From: Octopus sinensis
Lineage: Eukaryota
NCBI RefSeq assembly: GCF_006345805.1
Contig: NC_043006.1
Coordinates: 34,658,001 to 34,722,000 of the forward strand
Reading direction: 5' to 3'
Length of the DNA stretch: 64,000 nucleotides
The translations under genes were made by a program, and so were the position numbers. This document shows, piece after piece, positions 24,251 through 36,115 of the stretch; the first letter of the stretch is position 1, and the number at the start of each line of letters is the position of its first letter. Under the pieces are notes generated by a model that ran no database searches, was not told the origin of the DNA, and saw only the letters and a list, made by a program, of their open reading frames with translations.

Positions 24251-24338
24251 ACATAAGGGACATTAGCCATTTGAATGTGGCTACCCCACCGCCCTGCCCT
24301 GTCCCTAGCCACATTCAAATGGCTAATGTCCCTTATGT
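24251..24338. repeat. Perfect 33-bp inverted repeat with 22-nt loop
   Basis: ACATAAGGGACATTAGCCATTTGAATGTGGCTA / exact reverse complement at 24306-24338. Confidence 0.9.
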
Positions 24339-24383
24339 GATGGAGCAGTTACTGTCTATATCTCGTTTAGAGAATTATTATTG

Positions 24384-24414
<31 letters not shown>

Positions 24415-24418
<4 letters not shown>

Positions 24419-24660
24419 GTTGGTGCATAATTATTGCGGCTTTTTTATAACAAATTTTATTCAACAAAAACAATAACAATATTTAACAAAAACATCTTTA
24501 AATGACGGTCTGACCGTCTGCCAAGCGAATGGGAAGCGGCAATTGAAGTATATTGTGAATATGCTCCGGAATAATCATTTAAAGATGTTTTTGTTAAATG
24601 TTGTCATTGTTTTAGATGAATAAAATTTGTTGAAAAAAAGCCGCAATAATTATGCACCAA

Positions 24661-24661
<1 letters not shown>
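24415..24661. mobile_element. Mariner-derived MITE
   Basis: TIR TTGGGTTGGTGCATAATTATTGCGGCTTTTT, similar to Hsmar1-type TIRs; ~85-bp inverted arms; centre reads DRLPSEWEAAIEVYCEY like a mariner C-terminus. Confidence 0.8.
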
Positions 24662-24695
<34 letters not shown>

Positions 24696-26096
24696 AGCAC
24701 ACGTTGTCACAGGACGTCATGAAACGTGTAAAAGAAAAAAATACGGATAGATGATACAAAGACGGTCAGGAAAACCAGGACGGAACATCCGTGGCTTTCT
24801 ATTCATCAGCCAAGCTCCCAATCATCATTACAGTTTCGGCCTGTTACACTTAAGACTGTTCAAAATTGGTAGGCTCTAAAAATCTAAGTTAAGGGCATAA
24901 AAGTTTTGGAAGAAACCGAACGAATATGTGGGACAATATGGATAAAAAACCCGGAGAAAATGTTACATGATTACAAATACAAACAACAACAGGTGTCTTT
25001 CGACTAATAAGGACAAATTGAGCTGGCGTGTAATGTGAAAGCCTTAAAGGCACAAAGATGAAAGTCAGGGGACAGGAAAATAAGGTGTTGTGCGGGCGAC
25101 AGTCAAGCCAAGAAAGAAAGATCATGCTTGGTCGCACACCGATCACATGAGAGGAACAGAGAGAGGTAGGAAGCAGAGGGGTTGAAGAATTAGGTAAGGA
25201 ACTAGAGAGAGAGGAAGGGACAGAGGGAAAGATACAAGGGAGATAAAAGAGGAAAGTAGAGAGAAAAAGAATATATATACATGCATGTAGGTGTATCTTT
25301 GTATTGGTGTCTTTCCCATGACCACCGCTTAACAACAGGTGTTGGTTTGTTTATATTCCTGTAACTTAGCACTATGCCAAAGACGCCGATCGAATAAGCA
25401 CTAGACTTTAAAAAATTACTACTGGGGTGGATTTCTTCGATTAAACCGCCAAGGCGGTGCTCCAGCATGGCTGTAATCCAGTGACCGAAAGGAGTAAAAG
25501 GGAAAATAGTTGAAACCTATTTGCTGTGCTTTCATTCTTGTTCAAAACAGAAGAGCTAAAATATCTGAGCGTTTTAAAGAACAATAACCAAAAAACAACT
25601 GTAGCTTCCGAACGCAGAGTTTGAGATCCAAAATATTTTAACAACAGATACGATGTGAACGAAACCATTTTCTCAAACGTCAGCTACAGTCTAAAATTGT
25701 ACGAATTTCTTTCGTTCGAAGATACGTACTACAAGTATGGTAAATACAAATGTTGAGGGACTGACCATCAACAGAATCTTTAAATTCATGATTACCAATA
25801 GCATGTATTTCATTTGTCCTAATTTCTCTATTTTGTGCCACATTTTTGAAATATTTCACATTACTAGCACCGTTGAGGAATAATCGTTTGGTCAACTCCC
25901 GCGCATTCAATAGTACCTTCGTTCAACAATCGGTAGTGATAGATTATTTAGGTTAGCTATACTCTCCACTGAGACACACTTGGCAAAAGAGGTGAATGGT
26001 AATATAACAGGAATTGATAGCTTTTGTGGAGGTACGTGGTAGTGGTTAGGGTATTGCACTGACGAATCCAAAACACGTGGTTTCGATTACCAGTCC

Positions 26097-26285
26097 ACAG
26101 CAGCCATAATCCGAAAAGAAGAACAAGTCAACATCATCGGTAACCACTGAGCCGCAGGTTTTATGTCGGAGTCATTCCAGTTACTTGAGTTACCTTCTCC
26201 TAGAAGGATGCCCTAACAAAGGCTAGGAGTCCTTCACTCCCAATGGTTTAACCGCGCGATCGGGTATTCAGTCCGATTATTTCTA
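26097..26285 (-). repeat. 189-bp exact inverted copy of 26902-27090 inserted into a SINE head
   Basis: Read base by base, no mismatch found; SINE sequence resumes after 26285. Confidence 0.9.
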
Positions 26286-26830
26286 AGGGAGATATGGTGC
26301 ATTGTGTTCTTGAATTCTTCATTTCACGTTGTTTCAATCCACTTTATTGTAAATGAGAAAGCCTATTGGTTTCCGACAAAGATTCAACGCTCCATTTTTG
26401 GAATGTAGAAAACAAGAACAATGTCACACTTTAAACTTGAGAAAAAAGTCTTACATATTTGTACTGTTCTATTAATAGATTGTATTTGTAATGTGCAAGT
26501 CGGTTGATTATTTTCCCGAAAATCCAAGCTAATCTAGAATGTCAGATAGGCATTTATTCACAAAACATCGTGTACCACTTATTGGTATAAATGTGAATTT
26601 ATAATCTGGATATAAAAGCAGGCTTTGAAGCAGTTCTATGTCTGTCATCATTCAGTTTTATATCAAGATTTCTTGCCATTAGAGAAAGAGCTGGTTTGTA
26701 ATCTAGATCCAAGGCTACTTCATTGGAATTTCAACGTCAACAATAGGGTATGTATGTATGTATGTATGTATGTATGTATGTATGTATGTATGTATGTATG
26801 TATGTATGTATGTATGCATGTATGTATGTA

Positions 26831-27581
26831 AGGGCGGAGGAACTCTTGAGAGTAAACGGCCATCCAATAAATCTCTTAAGGATGTATCATGCACGAGGAC
26901 ATAGAAATAATCGGACTGAATACCCGATCGCGCGGTTAAACCATTGGGAGTGAAGGACTCCTAGCCTTTGTTAGGGCATCCTTCTAGGAGAAGGTAACTC
27001 AAGTAACTGGAATGACTCCGACATAAAACCTGCGGCTCAGTGGTTACCGATGATGTTGACTTGTTCTTCTTTTCGGATTATGGCTGCTGTTGCTTAGTGA
27101 GTGGGATTGACTCAGTGTACAGCCTTTCCTCACTTCAAATAAAAATTCTTGCACAGGCATTGCACGATAACAACATTGATTAAGCTTCGTGCAATGGCCA
27201 TACTCGATAACGAGGGGGCAGCCACCATGTATGTATGTGTCAAGTCCTCATTAAAAGCCTGTGATATTCAGGAAACTGACTGGGAGAGCAATGCCTGTCA
27301 TCGCCACAGATGGAGGGAGCAGGTTAAAGAAGGAGTCGACACTTTTGAGAGAACATGTATTCTGCATGAAGAACATAAGCGTGCCGCTCGAAAGCACACT
27401 GCTAGCGTAGTGAATGGCGAAAGTTTGGTTTGCAATATCTGCAGTCGTGTATGCTTGTCAAGAGCAGGGCCCATTAGCCACCAACGGAGCTTGAAATGCA
27501 AAATATAAGTCAGTCTTGGAACACACAATATTCCTAAATGTAAGCAATGGTTTTTTTCATCACGAGTGGACGGCCATCATC
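26831..27581 (+). mobile_element. Internally deleted RTE element (putative 5'UTR joined to ORF2 C-terminus) within (ATGT)n
   Basis: CTAGGAGAAGGTAACTC motif resembling RTE 5'UTRs; CVKSSLKAC..W..DRxRW..CNICSRVCLSRAG C-terminus; (ATGT)n on both sides. Confidence 0.7.
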
Positions 27582-27604
27582 ATGTATGTATGTATGTATG
27601 TATG

Positions 27605-27638
<34 letters not shown>

Positions 27639-27664
27639 TGTGTGTGTGTGTGTATGTATGTATG

Positions 27665-27990
27665 TGTGAAGGCGCGTGGCTTATTAGTTAGGGCATTCGG
27701 CTCACGCTCGTAAGGTCGTGAGTTCAACTCTCAATGACGCGTTGTGTCCTTGAGCAAGACACTTTATTTCACATTGCTCCAGTCCACTCAGCTGGCAAAA
27801 ATGAGTAGTACCTGTGATTCAAAGGGCCAGCCTTGTCACACACTGTATCACACGGAATCTCCCTGAGAATTACGTTAAGGATACACGTGTGACTGTGGAG
27901 TGCTCAACCACCTGCACGTTAATTTCACGAGCAGGCTGTTCCGTTGATCGAACCAGCTGGGACCCACGTCGTCGTAACCGACGGAGTACT
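27665..27990 (+). mobile_element. SINE family C
   Basis: GTGAAGGCGCGTGGC..GAGTTCAACTC..GTGTCCTTGAGCAAGACAC..GTCGTAACCGACGGAGT. Confidence 0.9.
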
Positions 27991-28059
27991 CATGTATGTA
28001 TGTATGTATGTATGTGTGTACTCAATAAGGAAAAAAGTGTAATATTTTATTATAGGCAT

Positions 28060-28590
28060 GAGCATGGCTGTGTGGTTAAAAAGCTCGCTCTGCAATCGTA
28101 CGGTTTCAGGTTCAACCCCACTGCACTGCACCTTGACCGAGCGTCTTCTATTGTAGCCGCAGGCCAACCACTAGCGTAGCTGGTGGTGGTGGTGGCTCCG
28201 CCTCGGGTGGCACTTTTCATCCTGTTGTAGGCTATTGCAGTAGGCAGTATATGTTTTTTTGTGGGATCCGGGGTCGGAAAACGGAAGGGCCACACACACT
28301 CTAGCTACGCTAGTGGGGCCAACCAACGCCTTCTGAGTAAATGTAGTAAGCGGAAACTTCATGGAAGCCCATCGTACATACGTACATATACATACAGAAA
28401 CACACGCGCGTCTTTGTTCCCCACCACCACCGCTTCAGAACCGGTGTTGGTTCGTTTGCATCCTCGTAACTTAGCGGTTCGGCAAAGAGACCGATAATAT
28501 AATAAACATTGGTGTCGATTAGTTTGACTAATTTCTTCAAGGCAGAGCTCCAGCATGGCTGCAGTCCAATGACCGCCACAAGTAAAAGAT
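28060..28590 (+). mobile_element. SINE family A with nested hAT MITE
   Basis: Family A halves flank 28169-28315. Confidence 0.8.
28169..28315. mobile_element. hAT-like MITE
   Basis: TIR CACTAGCGTAGCT / AGCTACGCTAGTG; 8-bp TSD AGGCCAAC / GGGCCAAC; related copy starts at 46066. Confidence 0.8.
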
Positions 28591-29029
28591 AAGAACCGAA
28601 GTTACTCTTAGTTGCTAAATCAAGAATCTCGGATTAACAATAAACAGCCGAGAATAATGTGGGTCAACTGAAAGCATTGTGAATGAATTGGGGGTAGATG
28701 AAAACTGATAGCAATAAAAATATATACAACATTTTAATATTCGTAATTTGAGAATCGCAGTTGGGTTACGTTGACACAAGATCACGCGAGATTTTATCAG
28801 CAAGCAAGTTGGCAGTAATAATAAAAGAATTCGTTACTGATTTCGTGGCCGCGGATCGGCCCTCACGAATATCGTAGGTGTTGCAGACATTTCTGTCTCG
28901 GGTTAAATGCTTAATTTATGTAGCACTGCTAACTCCCATGTAGCTTTCCGTTTTTTAAGAAGGTGACACGTTAGTTATGTGATATTTGACTTCTATTTCT
29001 AGCATCTTTAACAGGTGTTAAATAAATGC

Positions 29030-30430
29030 GGAAAGTAGGAAGAAGAGACAGCGATAAGAGATGGAAGGAGAGAGAAAAGATTAGAGAGAGGAGGATGGGA
29101 GAGACTGAGAGAGGGGCGAAGAAATAAAGAGATAGAAAGAAAGAGAAAAGGGTGAAGAGAAATATAGGAAATGAAATAGATTCAGCGAGAGAATAGAAAT
29201 TGAAAGCAAGACGGAGATGGATAGCTAAAGAGGGAAAGAGAGAGGGAAACAAAAGTAGTGGGGAGATGGGAGAGAAGGGACACTGAATATGTGGCGGAGA
29301 AGAAATAGAAAGTGTAAGAAAATAAAGAAATCGAAAAAGATTGCGTAAGAGAGAAAGAAAGAGGGAAAGACGGAATGAAGTTTAAAGGACGAAATATAGT
29401 TTAAAAGGAAGCCGAAGGAGAAATGGTGAGAGAGAAATACATGTGTTTGATAGAGAGTGAAATGTAAGCGACTATGAGTGAGGGAACGAGTGAGAGAATG
29501 AGGAGAAGAGGAAGAATGAGTGAGTAGGAGTGAGAGCCGGATAAAAGTGATAAGATAGAAGCTTAGATTAAGAGAGGGAGAGAGTGAGAGAGAGTGAAGG
29601 AGTGAGTGAGCTCACGCGAAAGAGAGATAAGGAAAACGAGTGAGTGAAACCATGTTTGTGTGTGCGTGTGTGTCTGTGTGTGGGCAGAGTGATTGATAAG
29701 AGCAAATAGACTAAGACGAAGGGGGAGTAAGAGGAAGAGAAAGAGAGAGAGACCAAGAGGGAGAGAAGGAGGGAGACAGGAAAATTAAGCAGGAGTGAGA
29801 GGGAGAGGGAGATATGGTAAAAAGAAAGAGACGGAAAGAGTAGCAAAACGTGAGTGTAAGTGTGTGTGTGTATGTATGAGAAAGAGAGAGAGAGCGATTA
29901 GAGAGAGAAAGATAGTAGTTACATTTGTGTAAGGAAAGCAATCAGATTGAGCAACAGAAAAAGTGGAAAATGTTAAATGAAAAAGTTATGACGGGAAACT
30001 TTAGTCGAAAACGAACTAAAGATAAACAGAATGTCCTCCACGGAAATGTGTAACTGAGATTAAAGTTTTTGATTTGTAAACGCCACTAAACTGAAATATA
30101 AACAAACCATTGATTTACCTTGAGAAGCTGTTTTCAAAGGCAAGTTGTCAGGTTTTTTTTTTTATAATTTTCTGTCGTAGTCAGGCAATCTATCTGTCTG
30201 TCTATCTGTCTGTCTATCTATCTATCTTTCACTCTCTCCCCCTCTCTCTCTCTCTGTCTGTCTGCTTGTGTGTCTGTCTCTGTCTGTCTATCTATCTATC
30301 TATCTATCTATCTTTCATTCTCTCCCCCTCTCTCTCTCTGTCTGCTTGTGTGTCTGTCTCTGTCTGTCTATCTATCCATCTATCTTTCACTCTCTCCCTC
30401 TCTCTCTCTATCTGTCTGCTTGTGTGTCTG

Positions 30431-30469
<39 letters not shown>

Positions 30470-30638
30470 GTATGACTCTGTATGACTGTTTGTCTGTCTG
30501 TCTGCCTGTCTATCTATTATCTATCTATCGATCGATCTATCTCTCTGACTGTCTGTCTATCTATCTGTCTGTCTGTCTCTCTCCCTCTTTCTCTATCTAA
30601 TTCTGTCAATCTATTTGCCTAACTCTTTCTTTCTTTCT

Positions 30639-30679
<41 letters not shown>

Positions 30680-30750
30680 TGTCTGTATGCCTGTCGTCTA
30701 TCAAAACCTTTACCCATACGCACACTTATAATTTGTACACACGCACGCAC

Positions 30751-30783
<33 letters not shown>

Positions 30784-30930
30784 AACACACACACGCACAC
30801 ACACATTATCCTTTCTATCAAAATATCGAATCAACTCTGACTTGATCTGCTTCTTTTTCTCTCTCTTCCTTCACTCACATACACACACTCATTCCTTTTA
30901 CACATACATACACACGCACACAGTGCCTTT
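29030..30930. repeat. GA-rich low-complexity tract and compound (TCTA/TCTG/TC/CA)n microsatellites
   Basis: Direct reading. Confidence 0.85.
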
Positions 30931-30970
30931 CGATTGATATGTGTGTGTTAATTGTCTTCCAATTCTTTCT

Positions 30971-30993
30971 ATTCTTTCTTTTTCATTCTGCAG
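30971..30993 (+). promoter_or_regulatory. Polypyrimidine tract and splice acceptor (..TTTCTTTTTCATTCTGCAG) 9 nt before the ATG
   Basis: AG at 30992-93; implies an upstream non-coding exon. Confidence 0.7.
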
Positions 30994-31002
30994 TACACAA
31001 CA

Positions 31003-32670
31003 ATGTCTTCTTCATCGTTGCCGTCTCCTACCTCCTTAAAATGTTTTGTTTGCGGTCACAAAATTCATTCTACAGTCTGTTCGTCTTGTGCATGTATCCA
31101 CACATCTAAGAAATCTATTATTGACGATAAGGACCGGGATGAGTATGAAATAGTCGACAACAAATTAGTTTGTTTGGGACACAGCAAAGAGTTTTGTGAA
31201 TTCTGTACCCGTTGCAAGACCTTATGTTGCAAAACATGTTCGTCACAATTGCACTCAAAATGCACTAAATACTTGCTACCGATCGATGTTGCTGCAAGCG
31301 AAATTCATAAAGAGCTTTTATCTCACAAAATCGATTTAGAAGACTTTAAATCGCGTATCGTGAAATGCATGCTGAACATAAGCGATATGAAACAGTTGAA
31401 AGATAACCAGAAAGATGATGTAGAAAAAGCGTATAATGATATTTTCGATATGATCGTGAAGGCGATTGAATCGAAAAAACAACAACTACTGCAGATAGTC
31501 AGAAGCGATTCGGACAACATCAAATCGGTTAAAGATTTGGAACTCAAGTGTAATCGAGAACTGAAGTATATCTCAGAACAAATGGACCTGATCGACAATT
31601 CGCTTGAAGGTCAGGAAAACAAAGAAATATTTTTTAATAGATATTCCAAGTGTAATGTTTCCAGAGACTTAAAGACAGTTTTACAAGAAATTGAAAATAT
31701 AATGAGTGATACTAGTGTTTACCAACTGAGTCAAAAGAAATCGAAAGTTTTCGACTTACTTTTACTAGAACTTGTATCGAAATTATGCCCATCCGAAGTA
31801 TATTGCGATGAGTCAAATGAGACTATTAAAGAACAGTTGTTATCTTTAGTTACGTACCTGAAACCTCAACGAATTTTCAAATTTTCTACAAATACAGAAG
31901 ACGAAAGGGTTTCTAAGAAATATCTCAACGATATGGTTGTATTCAATGATGGCTGCATTGTTCTGACAGATAGCTTTAACAATAAACTTAAACTATTCTC
32001 TTGTTCCGGCCATTTGATTAGCGAATGCATTTTGGAATATTGGCCGTTCGGCGTATGCATATGGGATGATGACATGTTTGTGGTTAGCTTGCCAAATGTA
32101 CGAAAGATCTGCTTCATAAAACACCTTTGCCCTATGTCAGTGAGTCATTACATAGTGACAAAATGGTCTTACTATTGCCTTACTAAAGTTGACAACTGTC
32201 ATCTGGTATGTACTCACTGTCTTACATCGAAAGTCGATATCGTTCGGGTAAATAACAATTCTTTGACTCTGATACGCACCATTGAACCAGATATTCTCGG
32301 AGAAATCGCCAACAGCGTGTGCTATGTGGCTATAACACCAGCCGGTGACATAGTAATATCTGACCATCTTAACGATTGCATCGTTTGCTATGGCCTAGAT
32401 GGTAGTCATAAGTTCACTATCAAATACATTGGAAAATATCCTCTTGACGGACCGGCGGGAGTCTGTGTGGACGATCGTTTTATCTATCTGTCAGAAATGG
32501 GACAGTCACGTATACTGCGTTTAACTTTCAGTGGCACGCTCAGCGGAGTGCTTGTACCCAAAGAACGGAACCTCATTCGACCGAAAGCCATTAGCATCGG
32601 TCCAAAAAGGACGATTGCTATTTCGAACTTTACACGTCAACAGTCTTTCATACAAGTTTTCCAAATTTAA
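31003..32670 (+). CDS. RING-less TRIM-NHL-like protein, 555 aa (Cys pairs, B-box2, coiled coil, NHL beta-propeller)
   Basis: Intact ORF; CLGH-x7-CTRC-x4-CKTC-x4-HSKC B-box; helical 100-260 region; NHL repeats (IVLTDSFNNKLKLF, PFGVCI, DIVISDHLNDCI, GPAGVCVD); ATG 31003 preferred to TTG 30952. Confidence 0.88.
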   Translation: MSSSSLPSPTSLKCFVCGHKIHSTVCSSCACIHTSKKSIIDDKDRDEYEIVDNKLVCLGHSKEFCEFCTRCKTLCCKTCSSQLHSKCTKYLLPIDVAASEIHKELLSHKIDLEDFKSRIVKCMLNISDMKQLKDNQKDDVEKAYNDIFDMIVKAIESKKQQLLQIVRSDSDNIKSVKDLELKCNRELKYISEQMDLIDNSLEGQENKEIFFNRYSKCNVSRDLKTVLQEIENIMSDTSVYQLSQKKSKVFDLLLLELVSKLCPSEVYCDESNETIKEQLLSLVTYLKPQRIFKFSTNTEDERVSKKYLNDMVVFNDGCIVLTDSFNNKLKLFSCSGHLISECILEYWPFGVCIWDDDMFVVSLPNVRKICFIKHLCPMSVSHYIVTKWSYYCLTKVDNCHLVCTHCLTSKVDIVRVNNNSLTLIRTIEPDILGEIANSVCYVAITPAGDIVISDHLNDCIVCYGLDGSHKFTIKYIGKYPLDGPAGVCVDDRFIYLSEMGQSRILRLTFSGTLSGVLVPKERNLIRPKAISIGPKRTIAISNFTRQQSFIQVFQI

Positions 32671-32728
32671 TTGTCCAACACCACGTGTATGTACTTCGGA
32701 AGTGTAAAAATGATACCCTGTACATAAA

Positions 32729-32734
32729 AATAAA
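32729..32734 (+). terminator. Candidate polyadenylation signal AATAAA (another at 32824-29)
   Basis: 59 nt after the stop codon. Confidence 0.4.
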
Positions 32735-33785
32735 ATCCCAAACAAGCAGCACCCTTGCCATGTCCGGTGTTTTCATGTTTAAATTCAGCTATGGATCGTG
32801 TCTTGCCACTCATACTATGATAAAATAAATAAATAACCAACGGAGTAATAAACAGAGAAACAGATGCAGTCGGTATTTATTTCAAATCCAACGAATCATT
32901 TATTAGCTTTACAGTATTTGTAGCTGTTTTAAAAGAAGTGAATTATGCCAGCATGCAGTCAAAGCCGGGTTAAAGTAATTTAAGACGTGCAACATTTATT
33001 TCAATTAAATCACATTAAAATTCATTTAAATTAACTTACATTTACATTCATTTCATGAAATACAAACGGCAACAACATCAAGTAAGAAAAACCCTTTTCC
33101 TTTCCTTGCCGTCCTCTACAAACGGAAGAAATTTATTGTTAGTCAAAATTTGATGATAGAATTATCAACTCAACCCAAAGTCACAGACAATGTTCAATTT
33201 TTTCGCGAGAATAGACTTATTTATGAATCAGGAAATTAACTATTTCTCGCCAAAATTCACCTTCATTCTTCCTGCTAAAGTTCGTCTTTCATTAAAACAT
33301 AAAATGTTGAATTTGTTTTTACACATGAATGCTTCTTTGTTCATTTTTCATTTTATTGAATTCTAAAATTGGCCGAACGTTCACGACGAATTTTCCTGAC
33401 CGTTCAGGACCAAATATAATGTAAAAAAAAAACCCAACAAAATACAAAAAAAAAACCCACTTTGCACAATGTTATCCTAGACGGTTCTAAAATATCACGA
33501 CCAGAACGTCTTTTATCACAGATCTACTTAATCAAAATTGATCTTAGGTTAAACAACAGCAACCGAAACAACCAAAGTTCTATAAAATCTTGTATCATAA
33601 TCAACAGCAAAATTGGTTTTCGAAAGGGCACCGAGTCGTTGAATCTTTTCTCGCAGAGTTTCTCCGACAATGTTCTTGCAACATCGCGGGAAGACTTCAG
33701 CTTGTGCAATGTAATTTCGTGATACTTAGAAACAGCTTAAGTGCAATCAATCAAAAACTCCGCATAAGGGATACCAGAAGGTTTC

Positions 33786-34210
33786 AGAGTTCATCGGGAG
33801 ATAATGCGCACCGTTTCGAGGCCTTCCCTGCGACGGCTTCACCGGGATCAGAATTAGGCCCCTAAACCCGCCAGGCTCCCGGGAAAACCAATCAATTGGG
33901 CCCTATAGTATTTATTTATTGACATCAAACCACTGTATACATATATCAGATTTGGGCCCCTAAGCCCATCAGGCTCCCGGGAAAATCAGTGCATTGGGCC
34001 CTGTACTATTTATTTACTGACAGCAAGCCACGACATCCATATATTAGAATTGGTTTCCTACGCCCGTGAGGCTCCCGGGCATATCAGTTCACTGGGCCCT
34101 ATAGTATTTGTTAATTGCAAGCCACATTATATATAGATCAAAACTAGGCTCCCAGACCTGTGGGGCTCTCGTAGCCGCGGCTCATTGTTCCCATGCCTTG
34201 AGAGGACACC
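33786..34210. repeat. MITE-like element with ~97-bp tandem units (about 3.5 copies)
   Basis: AGGCTCCCGGG..TGGGCCCT.TA.TATTT recurs at ~33870, 33970, 34068 and 34146. Confidence 0.65.
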
Positions 34211-34354
34211 GTTCCTCGAGCATAGTTGAGAAGAGACACAAATTTTCATAATTTATGCATTTAGAAAGGGAAATAAGAACAGATTAATAAATAACTCAAG
34301 TGTGCTGGATCTTATTAAAATCTCTGAACAGTTTTGTAAAATATTTTTTAGATC

Positions 34355-34700
34355 TTTTACTTGTTTCAGCCATTGAACTATGACCACGCTGGAGCATTTT
34401 ACTCGAACAAATCAACCGCAGTATTCATATTTTTAAAGCCTGGTACTTACTCTGTCGGTCTCTTTTGCCGAGGCGCTAAGTTACGGGAATATAAACAAAG
34501 CAACACATGTAAAAATTCATATACGCACACATTTATACTACGGGCTTCCACGCAGTTTTCTTTCACCGAATTCACTCACAAGACATTGGTCGGTCTAGGG
34601 CTACAACAGAAGATACCCAAAGTGCCGCGCAGTGGTACCAAACCCCAAAACCAGGAGGCTGCAACGCTAGTTTCTTAACAACATTTCCATGCTTGCGCCT
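34355..34700 (-). mobile_element. SINE family A
   Basis: Reverse-complement match. Confidence 0.75.
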
Positions 34701-34797
34701 AAAATTTGTTATTTCTGAACTCAATCAGTCTTTCATCGATCAGTTTGTTCGAACCATTTGCGCGTAGAATAAAGTGATTGGCGATATTTGTTCCGTC

Positions 34798-35025
34798 TAA
34801 GGCGCCGGGCGAGCTGGCAGAACCGCTAGCACGCCGGCCGTAATGCTTAGCAGCATTTCCCTGTCCTTAGGTTCTGAGTTCAAATGCCGCCAAGGTTGAC
34901 TTCGCCTTTCATCCTTTCGAGGTCAATAAAATAAGTACCAGTGGAGTACTGGGGTCGATGAACTCGACTAGCCTCCTCCCTACAAAATAAAAGACCATGT
35001 GCTTATAGTTGAAAAGATATTTGTT
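34798..35025 (+). mobile_element. SINE family B
   Basis: AAGGCGCCGGGCGAGCTGGCAGAACCG..GAGTTCAAATGCC..CCTTTCATCCTTTCG. Confidence 0.85.
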
Positions 35026-35859
35026 CCGTCTCTCTGTACTTGTTATGTAACCCTGGACTCTAGAAGCTACCATACAAATTCTTGTAAAGTCTATGTACAG
35101 TTTTGTAAACTGTTATTGTTTTTTTTTAACCTTTGAACTAGATTTTATTATCAACATATTTTTACAGGAAGAAAAGAAAGAAAACATTTAAAGTGCAAAA
35201 GATTGAATTATTGAGAAGCCCCACCCATAACTACATCACCATGGAAACAAAGAATAAAGGGATGGGTGGGGATTAAGCAGCAGAAGATGGGGTGGGAGGG
35301 AGTAGCGGGTTGTACCCCATCCCCCCAGAAAAAAGGGTGTGTTTAGCTGTGCCTCGTGTATTGAATCGCAAAGGTGTTGCTGTGGAGAATGGCCAGCAAT
35401 ACTCATTGCAACATCCACCCCTCCTTGCTGGGCTCGTGTTTAAGCCGGGCCGCAGTTATCTCGATTTTGCGGAGGAAATCCGGAGTGCGGGGTCCGAGTG
35501 ACCTAAACATACAACATAATTTGTAAACTACCTCGATTCTAATCACTCAGCCGGGCAGATTCATTAGAGCTTTGGGGCCCACCGTGGTCAACGTTATCTT
35601 TCATTATTTTCGGGTTTGCTGAAATAAAGCACCAGTTTAGGGCGGTGGATTGGTAGAGGCGTTAGGGCGATATTTGTTCCAACTCTTTGCGTCCTTACTT
35701 CTTTGGTGGCTGGCTTAACGCATCAGCCGGTTTAACAGCTCTATCCCCAGCCCGTTCTTTGGGCGCCTTTTGCGGAGATCACTCTGTTGCAAGCATTCGG
35801 GGACAAGCCTCCAGTTGGAAGATAGAAACCCTCTCACTAGACTCGTTACCATTATCATA

Positions 35860-35930
35860 TGCATCACCATCATCATCATCATCATCATCATTATCGTCAA
35901 AATCATCACCACCACCACCACCACCATCAC

Positions 35931-35962
<32 letters not shown>

Positions 35963-36078
35963 ATATGATCATAATGATTATCATCATCATTATCGTCAAA
36001 ATCACCTTCGTCGTCGTCATCATCATAGTCATCATCATGAAGATGATTATCATGAATACCATCATCATTATCGTCGTC

Positions 36079-36112
<34 letters not shown>

Positions 36113-36115
36113 ATC
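35860..36115. repeat. (CAT/CAC)n compound microsatellite
   Basis: Source of the poly-His, poly-Ile and poly-Met ORFs. Confidence 0.95.

Noticed and set aside
24790-24860. CTGATGA and GGCCGAAAC motifs on the minus strand
   Set aside because: Stems do not close into a hammerhead fold.
28840-28960. CpG-containing patch as promoter or first exon of the TRIM-NHL gene
   Set aside because: No decisive donor site or promoter elements; needs transcript data.
30952-31002. ORF-track N-terminal extension from TTG 30952
   Set aside because: Overlaps the polypyrimidine tract and acceptor; eukaryotic start is more likely ATG 31003.
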